A stretch of 63,957 nt of DNA, the filler included, from Welwitschia mirabilis (lineage: Eukaryota): NCBI GenBank assembly GCA_051453625.1. It is 5 parts of one record of this genome, joined end to end, with 100 filler letters (N's around TTAATTAATTAA, not from the genome) between each part and the next. Parts side by side here need not be neighbours in the genome. Positions count along the whole stretch, not along the records: positions 44,287 to 58,495 come from JBOZIK010000001.1; positions 58,596 to 62,816 come from JBOZIK010000001.1; positions 62,917 to 63,957 come from JBOZIK010000001.1; 2 more parts are not named here. The stretch is one strand, 5' to 3'. The notes beneath the pieces are model-generated. The model was given only the letters and a program-made list of their open reading frames with translations, was not told the origin of the DNA and ran no database searches. Both the position numbers and the translations under genes were made by a program. Shown here one piece after another: positions 50,460-63,957 of this stretch (positions are counted from its first letter, which is position 1; every line of letters begins with the position of its first letter).

Positions 50460-52012
50460 NNNNNNNNNNNNNNNNNNNNNNNNNNNNNNNNNNNNNNNNN
50501 NNNNNNNNNNNNNNNNNNNNNNNNNNNNNNNNNNNNNNNNNNNNNNNNNNNNNNNNNNNTGGAATCCATCACCGAATATGCAACCAAGGTCATGGACATT
50601 GTAAACACAATGTGGGGTCTTAGAGAAAAGGTTCCAGAGCAAAGAGCTGCGAGGAAAATCCTGAGGAGCTTGCCTAAACGCTTCAGACCAAAGATTACTG
50701 CAATTAAAGAGAGCAAAAATCCGGACACCATGAGTCTGGAGGAGCTCAAAGAATTGTTGATCGCTTATGAAGCTACCATTCTTGAAGATGAAGGACCCAA
50801 GACAAAGAATATTGCCTTGAAATGCTCCAATCAGGGCAAGGAAGGATCTAGTAATGAAGAGAATGATGAGGACTAGCCTTATTGGCGAGAAACTTTAGAA
50901 GATTCTTAAGAAAACAAAAAGACTACAGAAGAACAAGATTTAGTGCAAATAAGGAACAGATGGAGAAGAAAAATTCCTTCAGGAACTTTAGCAGAAACAA
51001 GAAACCATTACAATGCTTTGGGTGCAAGGGATTTGGACACACAGCGGCTGAATGTGCCAACACAAGAAAAGCTACAAACAAAGGGAAGACGGCTCTCACA
51101 GCATCTCAAAACGAAGAAGAGGACTGCAGGTTGCTAGTCATCACTGAAGAATATTCATTAATTTCAACTACCAAGGATGAACAAGCAATCTCTAATGAGA
51201 ACAAGGTAGTCACTGAACATTCTGAAAATATCGAAGAAGCTTGTGAATAATAGTATTTCCACTGTGAAGTCCTAACTTGTAAAAATAAAGATTTAAGATC
51301 TGAATTACTTTCTTTACAAACTAAACTTGACTTAGACAACAAAGAGCTAGATAAGGCTATTGAAAATCTTGCAAGTGCAAATAAGACAGCCTCAATATTA
51401 ACAAGGGATTTAGAGGCTACAAGGAAACTCAATTTGGCTACCTCATGGCACTCCAACAAGGTAAATACGAGTCACAAGAGGTATGCACTAAAGTCTGACA
51501 ATTCAAAGTTCTTTAATATTCGCTATTTCTATTGTGGAGGTCTAGGACATCTTAGATTTTCTCATCCCATCAAAAAGGGAAATTTTTTCCGTTATAGAAG
51601 TGATAGGTTTCTGTGGAGATCAAAAGTAATGAACAATCAGCCTCTCATCAAACAAAGATGGGTTAAGAAGGAATCTCTCAAAAGGCTATTCATTCAAACC
51701 GCTATAAAAGCAAAGGAGCATCCGAGATGGTTCTTGGACAACAGTCGTTCAAGACATATGATAGGTGACAAAAGAAGATTTCATACACTCGTTAACTATG
51801 ATTGAGGACAAGTATCCTTTGGTGACAACCGAAAAGTAGCCACCAAGGGAAAAGGAATGGTATGTGAATATAATCTTCCCAAATTGACGATGTTTTGTAT
51901 GCAGATGGTCTTAAGCACAATCTTTTAAGTATTGCCCAAATGTGTGATAAAGGGAGTACAGTTATTTTTGATAAAAATAAGGGTGTCGTAAAGAATATTT
52001 CTAGCAATAAGG

Positions 52013-52152
52013 TGTTAGTATCGTACGATCACCCTGGGGTTGGGGTGGGGGGGGAGGGGGGGGGGGGGGGGAAGTTGAATAGGGTTATAGTAAATTTCTT
52101 ACTAATTTTTGCAAAACTATACTTCTAAAAAAAAATTAAACAAGGAACAGTA
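52013..52152 (-). mobile_element. End of a nested SIRE-type LTR with an expanded G tract
   Basis: TGTTAGTATC...CCCTGGGG...G(n)AAGTTGAATAGGG interrupts pol just before a gap. Confidence 0.65.
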
Positions 52153-55100
52153 NNNNNNNNNNNNNNNNNNNNNNNNNNNNNNNNNNNNNNNNNNNNNNNN
52201 NNNNNNNNNNNNNNNNNNNNNNNNNNNNNNNNNNNNNNNNNNNNNNNNNNNNAGTGCAAAGTCTACGAGGTAAGAGATATTTTATGGTGGCTGTTGATGA
52301 TTTTACTAGATATACCTCGGTTGAATTTTCGCATTCTAAATCTGATGGATTTGATAAGTTTTGTCATCTTTGCAGAAGAAATCAAAATGAAAAGAGCCTC
52401 ATGATAAAGAAAATCAGGTCCGATCATGGAGGTGAGTTTGAAAACGAAAGCTTTATTAACTTTTGTGATAACTATGGGAAATTTCATTAGGTTTCAGCTC
52501 CTCGAACACCATAGCAAAATGGGGTGGCAGAAAGGAAGAATAGAGTTTAATAGAAATGGCAAGGACAATGCTAGGAGAACACAATCTCCCAAGATGGTTT
52601 TGGGCTGAGGCAGTAAATACTACTTGCTCCATATCCAATAGGATCTTCCTAAGGACCGTTACTCAAAAGTACGTCTTATGAACTTTGGAATGGTAAGAAG
52701 CCAATGGTTAAGTATTTCAAGGTCTTTGGTAGTAAAAGTATTATTTTGAATGACAAGAGTCTTGGTAAATTCCAGCCCAAAGGTATGCATGGTATTTTTA
52801 TTGGATATTCTTCAAGAAGTAAAGCCTATAGAGTTTTTAACTATGATTCAAATAAGGTTGAAGAATCAATTCATGTTAAAATTTTAAAGATTGACAATGG
52901 CAGCAAGATGAACAGAGAAGATGAGGATAAATCCATACCCACTCTTAACAATGATACTCAAAGTGATCCACAAGATGCTACAAACAAAGTTGATGAGGAG
53001 GAAACTGATGCTCTTTCCGAAACTACTGCTCCTCAAAAATGCTCAACTCTTCCCCTCAGAACTAGAAGGGATCATCCAACTGATCAAATCATTGGGAATC
53101 CAGATTCACGGATAAGCACCAAACGAGGTATTAACAATATTTGTGCTCATTTCTATTTCGTATCTCATATTGAACCTAGAAATATAGCTGAAGCAGAGCA
53201 GCATGAGGAATGGTTGAAAGCTATGCAAAAGGAACTATAGTTTAAAAGAAATGGAGTGTAGTAAACACATTATTGGCACGAAACGGGTTTATAAGAAAAA
53301 ATTAGATGACTTAGGCACAATAGTTCAGAACAAAGCTAGATTGGTAGCACAAGGGTACAGTCAAAAAGACGGCATAGACTACACGGAAACCTATGCACCA
53401 GTAGCTAGGCTTGAATCTATTAGATTACTGTTAGCTAACACTTGTGCTATGAACATTAAACTGTTTCAAATGGATGTAAAGAACGCTTTTTTAAATGGCT
53501 ATATTGAGGAAGAAGTTTACGTTAAGCAACCATCGGGGTTCATTGACTCCAACAATGCAGAACATGTTTTTAAGCTAAAGAAGGCCTTATATGGACTCGA
53601 GCAAGCTCCAAGAGCCTGGTACGAAAGATTATCGAATTTTTTGTTAGAAAATGGTTTTAAAAGTGGCAATATTGATCCCACCTTGTTATTAAAAGAACTA
53701 ACAAAGACATTCTTATCTTACAAATCTACGTGGATGACATAGTCTTTGAGCAACCAATGAAAAACTAATTATAGAATTCTCTAAGATTATGCAAAGTCAA
53801 TTTGTAATAAGCATGCTTGGAGAGCTCAATTTTTACTTAGGATTACAAATCAAACCACTCAAGAATGACATTAGTCAATCAGAGTACGTGAAGGAGCTCT
53901 TAAAGAGATACAAGCTTGATCAAGCAAAAGAGGTCTACACTCTCATGTCTACATCAACAAAAATCAGCAAGGATGAATCAAGTAAATCTGTAAACCAAAC
54001 AATGTATAAAGGTATGATTGATTGTTTGTTATATTTATCATCTAGTAGACCTGATATTGCATTTAGTGTTGGTATATGTGCTCGATATCAATCTGATCCT
54101 AAGGAACCTCATCTCTCTTTTGTTAAAAGGATTTTTAGATATCCTAAACATACAAGTAATTTTGGTATTTGGTTTCACCGTAATACCTCACTCAATCTAG
54201 CTAGGTATAGTGATGCAGATTGGGCTGAATGCACTGATGATAGAGAGAATACAAGTGGAGCATGTTACTTTCTTGGGAATCGTCTAGTTGCTTGGAGGTC
54301 CAAGAAACAAAGTTCGATATCCCCCTCCACTGCTGAAGCTAAGTACATATTAGCTGGAGCCTACTACATTCAATTGTTGTGGCTGATGCACACTTTACAC
54401 GACTATGGGGTTGAGATGACAAGTAGTCAACTCTTGTGTAATAATATCAGCGCCATTAGCATTGCTAAGAACCCTGTACAGCATTCAAGAACTAAGCATA
54501 TCGACATCAGGTATCATTTCATTAGAGAACACGTTCAAAGAGGAGCAATCAAGCTTGAGCATGTCTCTACAGACAAACAACTTATCGATCTATTTACCAA
54601 GCCTCTTTCAGGAGCAAGATTCGAACTTTTAAGAGTCAAGTTGGACATAGGAACATGCCCAACCGAGGTATGATTCCTTGTGTTTTTGAACAATACCAAC
54701 ATCTATACATATTAATCAAAAGTTTGAGTATATTAAGAGCATAGTCTACGTCTTTCTAGTGTCTTCTCACGTCTTGTAGTCATCTTCCGATCAAACCCTG
54801 TCGCTTTTGTCTTTTTTTGCTCTTTTCTAGACCAATTCGGAGTATCGTGGTTCCGGACGTCCGCACTCTAAAGAGGCTGTTCATCTGCACGTCTATTAGT
54901 GGCTCTCTAGGCCGAATGGAGGGTGGACATCCGCCCTTCAAAGGCTCGGATGTCCACGCACCTGTGTGGACGTAAACTAGCTCCTTAAATCCGCCTAAAT
55001 CGCGAATTTGGTCATTCGCCTCTATATAAACGGACATCCCCTCTTTTCTTTTACCCTATCCTGTCATATTCAGTGCCCTAGTCTCAAGAAGTGTCTTTTT

Positions 55101-55168
55101 CTCAGCTTGTTCATCTTTTCTTTTTTCTTAGCTAGCTTGCAAATTTCTCTACTTCTCTTCAAATCCAC

Positions 55169-56186
55169 CATGCCAAGGCAGAAGATTCCAATATCAAGGA
55201 AATATAGAGGCAAAGAAAAAGAAGGGGAACCAGTATTTGTGACTCCTAGGGCAAAGGCCATGTGGAACCAAAGCTTCAATAGGAAGCCTCTTACTCCAGA
55301 GAGGGTTATTCTGCACAATACCTTCAGGCATTACTTCAATCTTTTGCCCTAGTTGGAAGCGATGAGTTGGACATACATTTTCAACCCTAACACTCACACT
55401 CTGGTAAATTTGGTTCACATGTTTTACTGTAATGGCTCTTACCAACTTGAACAAAATCAGTTTGTGTCAAATTTATATGGCGTTGACATTAAGGCTAATC
55501 CTGAAATGATTTCCAAAGCTACTGGGTTTCCACTATTCTATAAAAAATATGTGCATGTTACTTGAGTTTCAATTTTAGACCATCTAGTTCTCAGATATGA
55601 ACTCACAGAAGTCTTGTGTGAAAGACAAGAGGCATGGAGAACCACAATTCCTACTCAGATTTTACAGCTAATTTACAAGGTACTCTTTCGCATTATTTTC
55701 AGCAATCTCAATCCGAAGCTCGGCCACATGGATGAAGTGTCTCCTCTGTGTGCTTACGGCATGTATTGTTACACCTAAAGCATCCAAATCAACTTACCTT
55801 AGCTGATTTTACAAAATATGGCTTTGTACACATCTACAAGTTCAGCAACACTACCATACAAAGGTCTCATTACCAACATGTGTCATGACTAGGCAGCCCT
55901 ACCAAAGGTAAAGGATGAAATTCTGAAAATGGCTAAGCCATTTGATGAGTCCTCTCTTATTAGAATGAAAATTGTGAAAGGCACTGCTCCTACAGCTCTG
56001 TCTTCTCCTCCAGGTAGTTCAAGTGCATGAGACATGGTGAGTCTTCAAGGGGTACTTCATTGACAAAGAAGTAGCTCAAAAGGATATCCTCCCAACTTTC
56101 CAAGATAAAGAAGGCTCTAGCACATTTCGGGTTGAAGGTGGCCTCCACCTCCTGCAGCAGCAGCGATCATGTGGTGGAATCTGATT
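55169..56186 (+). pseudogene. SIRE env-like extra ORF (Transposase_32-like), disrupted
   Basis: MPRQKIPISRKYRGKEK...LEAMSW...HMFYCN...FRIIFSNLNPKLGH...INLP...LPYKGLIT; homologous to 27710-28793. Confidence 0.75.
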
Positions 56187-57748
56187 AAAATGCCTTTTAA
56201 ACTGTCTCCCTTTTCCTCTAACTCTTATCTCTACTGTTACCCTTTTTGTTCTCCATTGTACTTGTGTGTTTTGTAGTCTTCATCTGTCAATCCATTTGCT
56301 CTAGGTCTTATGTATACCGAACTATGATGAATATGTAAACCATCTATTTGCTTAATAGTTAAGGCAATTTCCTTTTGTTTCCTTTAAAATTATTGTTGTT
56401 CACATACTGTTTATAGTTTTTTTTGGTATCGTTTGTTTCCCTTCCAAAATCAGTGATACCAAAAGGGGGTTATGATTGCAAATAATGATAGCTTAACCAT
56501 TTTAGTTTTCTTCAAAGGGATATCAAACTCAAGGAGAGCAAGTCTACATAGCAAGGGGAGGTTATTTCTTAGAAGTACTTTCAGACATCGAATTTGTCAT
56601 CACTAAAAAGGGGAGATCGTGAGTAGAAGGTTTCAATGATGCCAACAGTCGCAAGGATAAGTTTAAAAGGTGGCAATCTTCAATCACAATCAGTTTATGA
56701 AAAAGGGAAAAGCCCTCTTTCAAGTACAAATGTCCCCACTCAAGACTGGATGGACGTCACCACTCACAAACATGATGGACGACCCCACTCAGACAGGGCA
56801 GACATCCCCTCTCCTATTGGAAAAAAGTGTGACTGTGAAATATTTTAGGCCTAGAAGTCCCCACTCCAAGCAGCCCTGGCGTCCCCCTCCTCAGTCTGCG
56901 CCTGTGTGACACGTGCAGACGTCCGCACCAATTCAAGGGTGGACGTCTCCACTTTCCCAGTAGTGCGGATGTCCGCACCATCCAAAGGGCGGACGTCCGC
57001 ACCCCTGCGAGCACAGACGTCCCCACATTTTTAAGGTAAACGTTCCCTCTCCTGAACCATTAGAAAACGGTCAGTTGCAAGCAAACGCGCGGCAATTTTC
57101 AACAACTATTTCTTCTTGTGCCTCCTTCAACCATGTTGTGAACCACATTTGTTTGAAATCTCAGATAATCACGTCTTGGAATCAAGATTCTGAGATTTTC
57201 TCCAACAACTATTTTGTCTCCTCTTTAGAAGGACTCAAAAGTTAGATGTTTTTTCATGAAGTGAACAGTAAACCTATCTTTGGTAATCTTTGTAATCTGT
57301 GAGCTAATCTCGGGTGATCATTCTGAATAGCACCCACATTGTTCCATCAGTGCTTGAGGCACATTCTCACTTCCTCATCTTGTTTTTGTGGTCGAGTCTG
57401 AGCCTTCGAAAGACTTCAAGTTGTTAAAGGTTGNNNNNNNNNNNNNNNNNNNNNNNNNNNNNNNNNNNNNNNNNNNNNNNNNNNNNNNNNNNNNNNNNNN
57501 NNNNNNNNNNNGGAACCATGGAAGATGTCACTACTGTCTCTCCTTGAAGAGTGAAGTACGCACATTGTCAAACCACTATAAATCTTGTGGGCTGATAATT
57601 TTTCTGATTTGCATATGTTTTTATAGATCTATTATCTTTTGCAAAGCTGATTAATATTTTTAAAGAATAGGCTTTTGATTCAACTTGTTTATTACTAGCC
57701 CTATTCGCCCCCCTCTAGGACTTTCATCCATCAGACTACTTCTTAACA

Positions 57749-60700
57749 ATAGAACAAATCACACACAATGACTTCACTGATGTCAACCCAGTGCATCAAC
57801 AAGGAATCAAGGTTCAATGACTAGCAAGAAGACCAAAAATAGATGTTCTTGGAATGTGCAGAATAGGCAATGATTGGTAGGATAAAGAATATGCATACAA
57901 AACATAGACAGGAAGCCAATGGAATGGGATGGATGCTCTACAAATATGAACAAGAAAAGTAAACAAGACAGATAGTAACCTATTAAGTAGGATGATAAAG
58001 AAATGATGAGAAAGAACAATGGCCAGAATGATGGATGAAAAGTTGTTGGCAAACAAACAATTAGAAGGGTTTGATTAGGATAAGTAGAAAGCTCAAGAAG
58101 ATGAGCAAAAGCACTCCATAAGAGCCAATTTAATTGTTATGGATAGATGATTGGAAGCATTTGTATAGGATAGGTGGATGAATCCTAAAAAAGGATTGGA
58201 ATTATTTGTGTTGGATGGGGAAATGGCTTACATGGGCAGTCAAAGTGTTTATGTAGAAAGCATTGTTGGCTATAGGTTAAAGACTGAGGATGGCTTTAAA
58301 TGGGAAAGTGCACGAATGTGCTTCGAACCTAGGGCACACACTATAGGTTAGAATGCAGAGGGTAGCTCTGGCAAATGTGTGAGAAGTAGATGGATGCACT
58401 AACTGTAGAGATGATAGATTTCAATGATGAATGAAGAAACTGGTTTCAGCACATTGTTACTTGCAGAAATTCAGAAGCTGTGCCAGACGGGACGTNNNNN
58501 NNNNNNNNNNNNNNNNNNNNNNNNNNNNNNNNNNNNNNNTTAATTAATTAANNNNNNNNNNNNNNNNNNNNNNNNNNNNNNNNNNNNNNNNNNNNTTCGA
58601 TCTGGATTTGTTTAGATATTACAGTAAGCACAAACCCAGGGATTAAACTCTAGTGTTCAATTGATTTCGGGTCTTTCAATTCCTTTTTTGAAAGAACTCT
58701 CAAGAAATATCGCAAGGTTTCAAAATGATCTAATGACAAGTGTCTAGTAAAAATTTCAGCTAATTGATCTTGAGTGGAAACATATTCTAAGGATATTACC
58801 TTCTTTTCTATCAGATCGCTAATANNNNNNNNNNNNNNNNNNNNNNNNNNNNNNNNNNNNNNNNNNNNNNNNNNNNNNNNNNNNNNNNNNNNNNNNNNNN
58901 NNNNNNNNNNNNNNNNNNNNNNNNTCAAGAAATATCGCAAGGTTTCAAAATGATCTAATGACAAGTGTCTAGTAAAAATGTCAGCTAATTGATCTTGAGT
59001 GGAAACATATTCTAAGGATATTACCTTCTTTTCTATCAGATCGCTAATAAAATGATACCTGAGTTCGATGTGCTTGGTGCGGGTATGTTGAACATGATTG
59101 TGAGAGATTTGAATTACACTGGAATTGTCACACAATATAGAAACTTCTGATATTACCACTCCAAAGTCTTTAAGAGCTTCTTTTATCCACAAAGTTTGAG
59201 TGCAACAGGCCCTGGAACCAATATAGTCAGCCTCTGCAGTTGACAAGGATATGAAACTTTACTTTTTGCTATGCCATGCTGTGAGACAACTACCAAAAAA
59301 GAAGCATCCCACACTCGTGCTCTTTCAATCATCTCTACATCTTGCCTAATCCACATCACTCTATCCTATTAAGTTTAAAGTGTTTTTACATGGATACCAT
59401 ATTCCAACATCAATTGTACCTTTGATGTAGCAAAGCATCCTTTTTGCAGCTATCAAATCTGATTCCTTGGGCTTACCTTGATATCTAGCGCATAGTCTAA
59501 CACTAAAAGATATGTCAGCTCTACTAGCTGTTAAGTTTAGCAGGCTTCTAGCAATGCTTTTATATAATTTTTGATCAACATCTTTGCCACCCTTATCAAG
59601 AGCGCATTTGACATTTGTAGCTATGGGAGTGTTCACAGACTTTGTATTATCCAATTTGAACTTCTTAATTAAGTCCATAGAATATTTCTTCTAATTTATA
59701 AAAAACCCATTATTAAGTTGTTGAACTTGAAGTCCTAAGAACATGTTTACTATTCCTACCATGGTCTTTTCAAATTCAGAACTCATTAATTTTGTGAGAT
59801 CAATTAACAATTTTTCATGTGCTCATCCATATACGATATCGTGCAAATAAATTTGAACTAGAATGAACTCATTGCTTATGGTTTTTTCTAAAGAGAGTTC
59901 TATTTAACAGATCCTCTAACAAATCCATTTTAAAGCAGACATGAGGATAGTTCATCATACCAAGCTCTAGGGTCTTGCTTCGGCCCATACAATGCTTTGT
60001 GCAATGTATAAACATGATCTGGGTAGTGAGGATCCACAAAACCTTATGGTTGTTTAACATAGACTTCTTCAGCAATGCTTCCATGTAGGAAGGCACTTTT
60101 TACATCCATTTGAAAAACCTCAATTTTCTTAAAACATGCAAATGCAAGAAACATTCGAATGGACTTGAGGCTAGCTACTGGTGCAACAGTGTCACCACAA
60201 TCAATTATTTCAATATGNNNNNNNNNNNNNNNNNNNNNNNNNNNNNNNNNNNNNNNNNNNNNNNNNNNNNNNNNNNNNNNNNNNNNNNNNNNNNNNNNNN
60301 NNNNNNNNNNNNNNNNNNNNNNNNNNNNNNNNNNNNNNNNNNNNNNNNNNNNNNNNNNNNNNNNNNNNNNNNNNNNNNNNNNNNNNNNNNNNNNNNNNNN
60401 NNNNNNNNNNNNNNNNNNNNNNNNNNNNNNNNNNNNNNNNNNNNNNNNNNNNNNNNNNNNNNNNNNNNNNNNNNNNNNNNNNNNNNNNNNNNNNNNNNNN
60501 NNNNNNNNNNNNNNNNNNNNNNNNNNNNNNNNNNNNNNNNNNNNNNNNNNNNNNNNNNNNNNNNNNNNNNNNNNNNNNNNNNNNNNNNNNNNNNNNNNNN
60601 NNNNNNNNNNNNNNNNNNNNNNNNNNNNNNNNNNNNNNNNNNNNNNNNNNNNNNNNNNNNNNNNNNNNNNNNNNNNNNNNNNNNNNNNNNNNNNNNNNNN

Positions 60701-62777
60701 NNNNNNNNNNNNNNNNNNNNNNNNNNNNNNNNNNNNNNNNNNNNNNNNNNNNNNNNNNNNNNNNNNNNNNNNNNNNNNNNNNNNNNNNNNNNNNNNNNNN
60801 NNNNNNNNNNNNNNNNNNNNNNNNNNNNNNNNNNNNNNNNNNNNNNNNNNNNNNNNNNNNNNNNNNNNNNNNNNNNNNNNNNNNNNNNNNNNNNNNNNNN
60901 NNNNNNNNNNNNNNNNNNNNNNNNNNNNNNCATTTTGTGCTAATGATATTCTTTCCAGTAACGTTTAGGACAAGTGACCATACTTAGTTACGAGTAAGCT
61001 ATTCTAATTCCTCTTGGATTGCTATCATCCAACATGGATCCAACTCTCCTCCTTCGAAATTTCTTGGTTCAACTTGTGATAGGAATGAGACACGTGCACT
61101 GAAGTTCTTGAGAGAGCTTCTTATTATGATTTTTGTTCAATGCTTCCAAACACTGAATCCAAAGGATGTTCTTTGAGCTCTTTCACTTTCTAATGTTAAT
61201 AGACCTTATCATAATAGAATGTTGATGAAACCAAGTCTATGCTAGCATCTGAAATGGTAGTTGTATCAGGAACATCATGAATTCTTACATTGACTTACTC
61301 CTCCATATGTAAAGTACATTTCTTGTATACTCTATAAGCTCTACTGGTTGAAGATACCCTAGGAAAATTCCTTCCTCTAATTTGTAGTCAGAGTTAGCTA
61401 GATCTTCCCTATCTCTCAAAATGAAACATTTGCTACCAAAAGTTTTAAAATATGATATATTGGGATTCTTACCCTTCCAAAGCTCAAAAGAAGTCTTAGT
61501 AGTTCCAAGTCTCAGGTATACTCTATTGATGATATGACAAGCTATCTTTACTGCCTCTACCCAAAATCTATTTGGGGTATCTTTGTCATCTAACATTACC
61601 CTAGCCATACCCCATAGAGTACAATTATTCCTTTCAGCTACCCCATTCTGTTGAATTGTTTTTGGAGCTAAAAAGTCATGCTCAATGCCATTGTTGTTGC
61701 AAGAATTCTCCAATTTTTCATTTTCAAATTCCCTACCATGATCACTTCTAATTTTTCTAAATGACATAACCCTTTTCTGTTTGTAAATTCTTGGATATTT
61801 TTACAAAATTGTCATAGGTATCTGATTGTGTATGCAAAAATGTTACCCAAGAAAATCTGGAGTAGTCATCTATTGATACATGAAGCCAAATTTTCATTTT
61901 CTAACGTCCCTAATGTTATGTTTTATGTTGGCCCCACTTTAATATTGTAAAAGGAGGATTCTATTTTAAAATCGTCCTTGCAGGCGTTAGGTAGAGACGG
62001 GACATGTATTAAGAGAGGGATGATACCCTCTTTACGGTTTTGGCTTGTAGCCCTAATTGGTTGCAACCCTTGGCCTATTTAATGGTGGTGTGAAGGTTGT
62101 TTAAGATAGAGCTAAAAGAGTTCTATAAGGCATTCTTGCCTGAAGCCTATTGTTAGCCTGAAGCCTATTCTTGGCTCATAATCTTTAAAAAAGATAATAA
62201 AGCTCTACATTGCTTTCTTGTGGTTTTTCTCCTCATTAGGATGTTCCACGTAAATTGTTGTGTCTTTGTGTTCTCTTGCTGCTTTCTTTAATTGCTTTGT
62301 TTTTGTGTATTTTCGTAACATCATCAACCATAACCAAGAAAGAATGCTTACCTGATAGACTAGTAGTCTGAATTGGTCATAGAAGATCCATGTGAATAAG
62401 ATCCAAAGGCTTGCTTGTAGTAATGTTGCTACTTCCCTTGTATGATGTCATTGTTTGTTTTCCTTTTGGCAAGCATCACATAAACCTTGATAAGTAAAAG
62501 GAATTTTTGGTAGACCTCTAACAAACTCACCATGGCATAGTTTCTTCAGGTCGTTGAAGCTTAGGTGACCCAATCCCATAGGACATCTTCTTGTATTCAG
62601 GCTATCACACAGACAGGGTTCATTTGATTGATTGACACAGTACACATTGCCTTGTCTTTTTGCTTTTAGTAATATTTGATCAATTTCACCATGCATTACA
62701 ATACACTTGTTAGCGTCAAACAAAACTTTATGTCCCTTGTCACATATGACTAATACTCAATAAATTGTCCTTGAGAC
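57749..62777 (-). mobile_element. Another decayed SIRE-type copia (pre-integrase, integrase, RT, RNase H, env-like remnant)
   Basis: LGHLSF...CDACQ; RSDHGREF...QQNGVAER; MDVKSAFL; STAEADYI...HTRTKHIELRYHFI...QLADIFT; env-like traces at 57800-58450. Confidence 0.85.
61871..62320 (+). mobile_element. 450-bp solo LTR with 5-bp TSD TCATC
   Basis: TCATC at 61866-61870 and 62321-62325; ends TA(TG)...CA; removal restores integrase LVMVDDYSRFSWV. Confidence 0.88.
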
Positions 62778-62816
62778 CACTGTCGTCAGACTCGCAGCGA
62801 GTTCGGCGAGTCCGGC
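62778..62816 (+). mobile_element. hAT-like MITE terminus
   Basis: CACTGTCGTCAGACTCGCAGCGAGTTCGGCGAGTCCGGC matches the 10976 terminus; truncated by a gap. Confidence 0.6.
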
Positions 62817-62936
62817 NNNNNNNNNNNNNNNNNNNNNNNNNNNNNNNNNNNNNNNNNNNNTTAATTAATTAANNNNNNNNNNNNNNNNNNNNNNNNNNNN
62901 NNNNNNNNNNNNNNNNTGGACAACAATTAAGAATAC

Positions 62937-63957
62937 ATTAATAATTATCATCATACTTTTAGAATGATATAAGCAATTAAGTAAGAAAACCTCCTTAATC
63001 GAGAGGTAAGTCTTCCCTTCACCTTTACCTAAATGACTTCTTAGTAGGATCTCATTGTTACATCATTTCTTTGTTTGATTGTCTATTCATTTGGTCCTCT
63101 ATTAAACCGCATTTGAGTTTTCATGAAAGTAGTTTTCTACTTTAGGGCATTTACAGTTGTAATATTGGATTTCCTCCAATCTTAAGACATTTCCATATTT
63201 ATAACACTTGATGTCTTATGTTGTTCTATTTTAGTATTAATTATATTAAATTTGATGCTTGTTTTTAAGAATGAATCTTGAAATTTACCATTTTAATAAT
63301 CAATCAATGTTTCCCTGTCCCTCCACCCCCACCCTCCTCTCTTATAAAAGAAAAAAAGGAGAAAAGAAAAGAAAAGAAAAGAAAATTCAAGTTAATTGGA
63401 AAAATATTAATATCATACACCAGGGGAGAAAAAAAAAAGGGGATTCATGATGTCCTATTGCAAGTGCACCAGGGCAAACATTCCTGAGAGGCACCTTTGA
63501 CAATGTGGTATGGTAGCTATGAGAACTCCACTAGGGTGTGTGTTAGTCAAGATTTGGTTTCGGCTTACAGATCCTTACACTCTTAGAAGTGATTGCACTC
63601 TCCTCACCATGATGGATGATGTTTTCTAAAAATTTCATTAGCTCAATTTTCTATGATTTTGAAGCTATGACTTCGTGAGCTTTAAGAACATATTGATTTT
63701 TGGATGGTAAGTTGGAAGGCATTACTTACTCTCGCAGTTAACAGTTGGATTAAGTTGTAGTCCTGACATTATATTGATACCTCACAGAATGGTCATAAAT
63801 ATTATCATAATCACTGCCCTTATTACATGATATTCTATAGTGTTTAGGATCAAACTACACATTAATGACATCGATCACCTTTATGACTTATATTAATAGA
63901 CCTTGCTAGGTTGGTATTTAGAGGTGTAGAAATCAATCTTCCTCATACCCCTGTTTG
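62937..63957 (+). mobile_element. Third Athila-type copy: post-pol region and start of env-like remnant
   Basis: 63020-63310 is similar to 36720-37050 and 14390-14660 (e.g. AAGACATT.CCAT...TAGTATTAATTAT). Confidence 0.6.

Larger units (their letters stand above)
50560..57748 (+). mobile_element. Separate SIRE-type copia: gag-pol, env-like ORF, multiple PPTs and 3' LTR
   Basis: gag (CFGCKGFGH), integrase (RSDHGGEF), RT (ARLVAQGY, MDVKNAFLNG), RNase H to stop at 54673. Purine tracts at ~56461, ~56552 and 56605-56617; LTR 56618-57748. LTR differs from 47582-48703. Confidence 0.88.

Noticed and set aside
49003-51250. Apparent double gag in one element
   Set aside because: The two gag regions are diverged, separated by a gap and tied to different LTRs; two elements.
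58696-59048. Near-identical repeat of the RNase H end on both sides of a gap
   Set aside because: The copies flank a 100-N gap; most likely overlapping contig ends.
60110-60987. Long ORFs containing X runs (also near 17810, 18393 and 46933)
   Set aside because: Artefacts of translating through N gaps.

Overview
Plant (probably angiosperm) draft-assembly DNA with many N gaps. The only host gene visible is the last two coding exons of a minus-strand phosphatidylinositol 4-phosphate 5-kinase (PIP5K7/8/9-like; 7376-7676 and 7779-7950). No upstream exon is recognisable in the remaining ~56 kb, which may be one giant intron. That stretch is a nest of decayed transposons: Athila-type Ty3/gypsy copies, SIRE-type Ty1/copia elements with env-like ORFs and GGACGTCC arrays, Tnt1-like copia remnants, a hAT transposase pseudogene and hAT-like termini. 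The most unusual feature is a small non-autonomous LTR element (40599-~43320). It lacks gag/pol and carries a ~260-bp fragment of a bacterial-type guanine deaminase (guaD) beside a CML13/14-like calmodulin fragment. A second PBS-bearing element (~25100-27183) carries a different calmodulin-like EF-hand fragment and two unidentified coding-like fragments. All family assignments are by-eye motif recognition; no searches were run.
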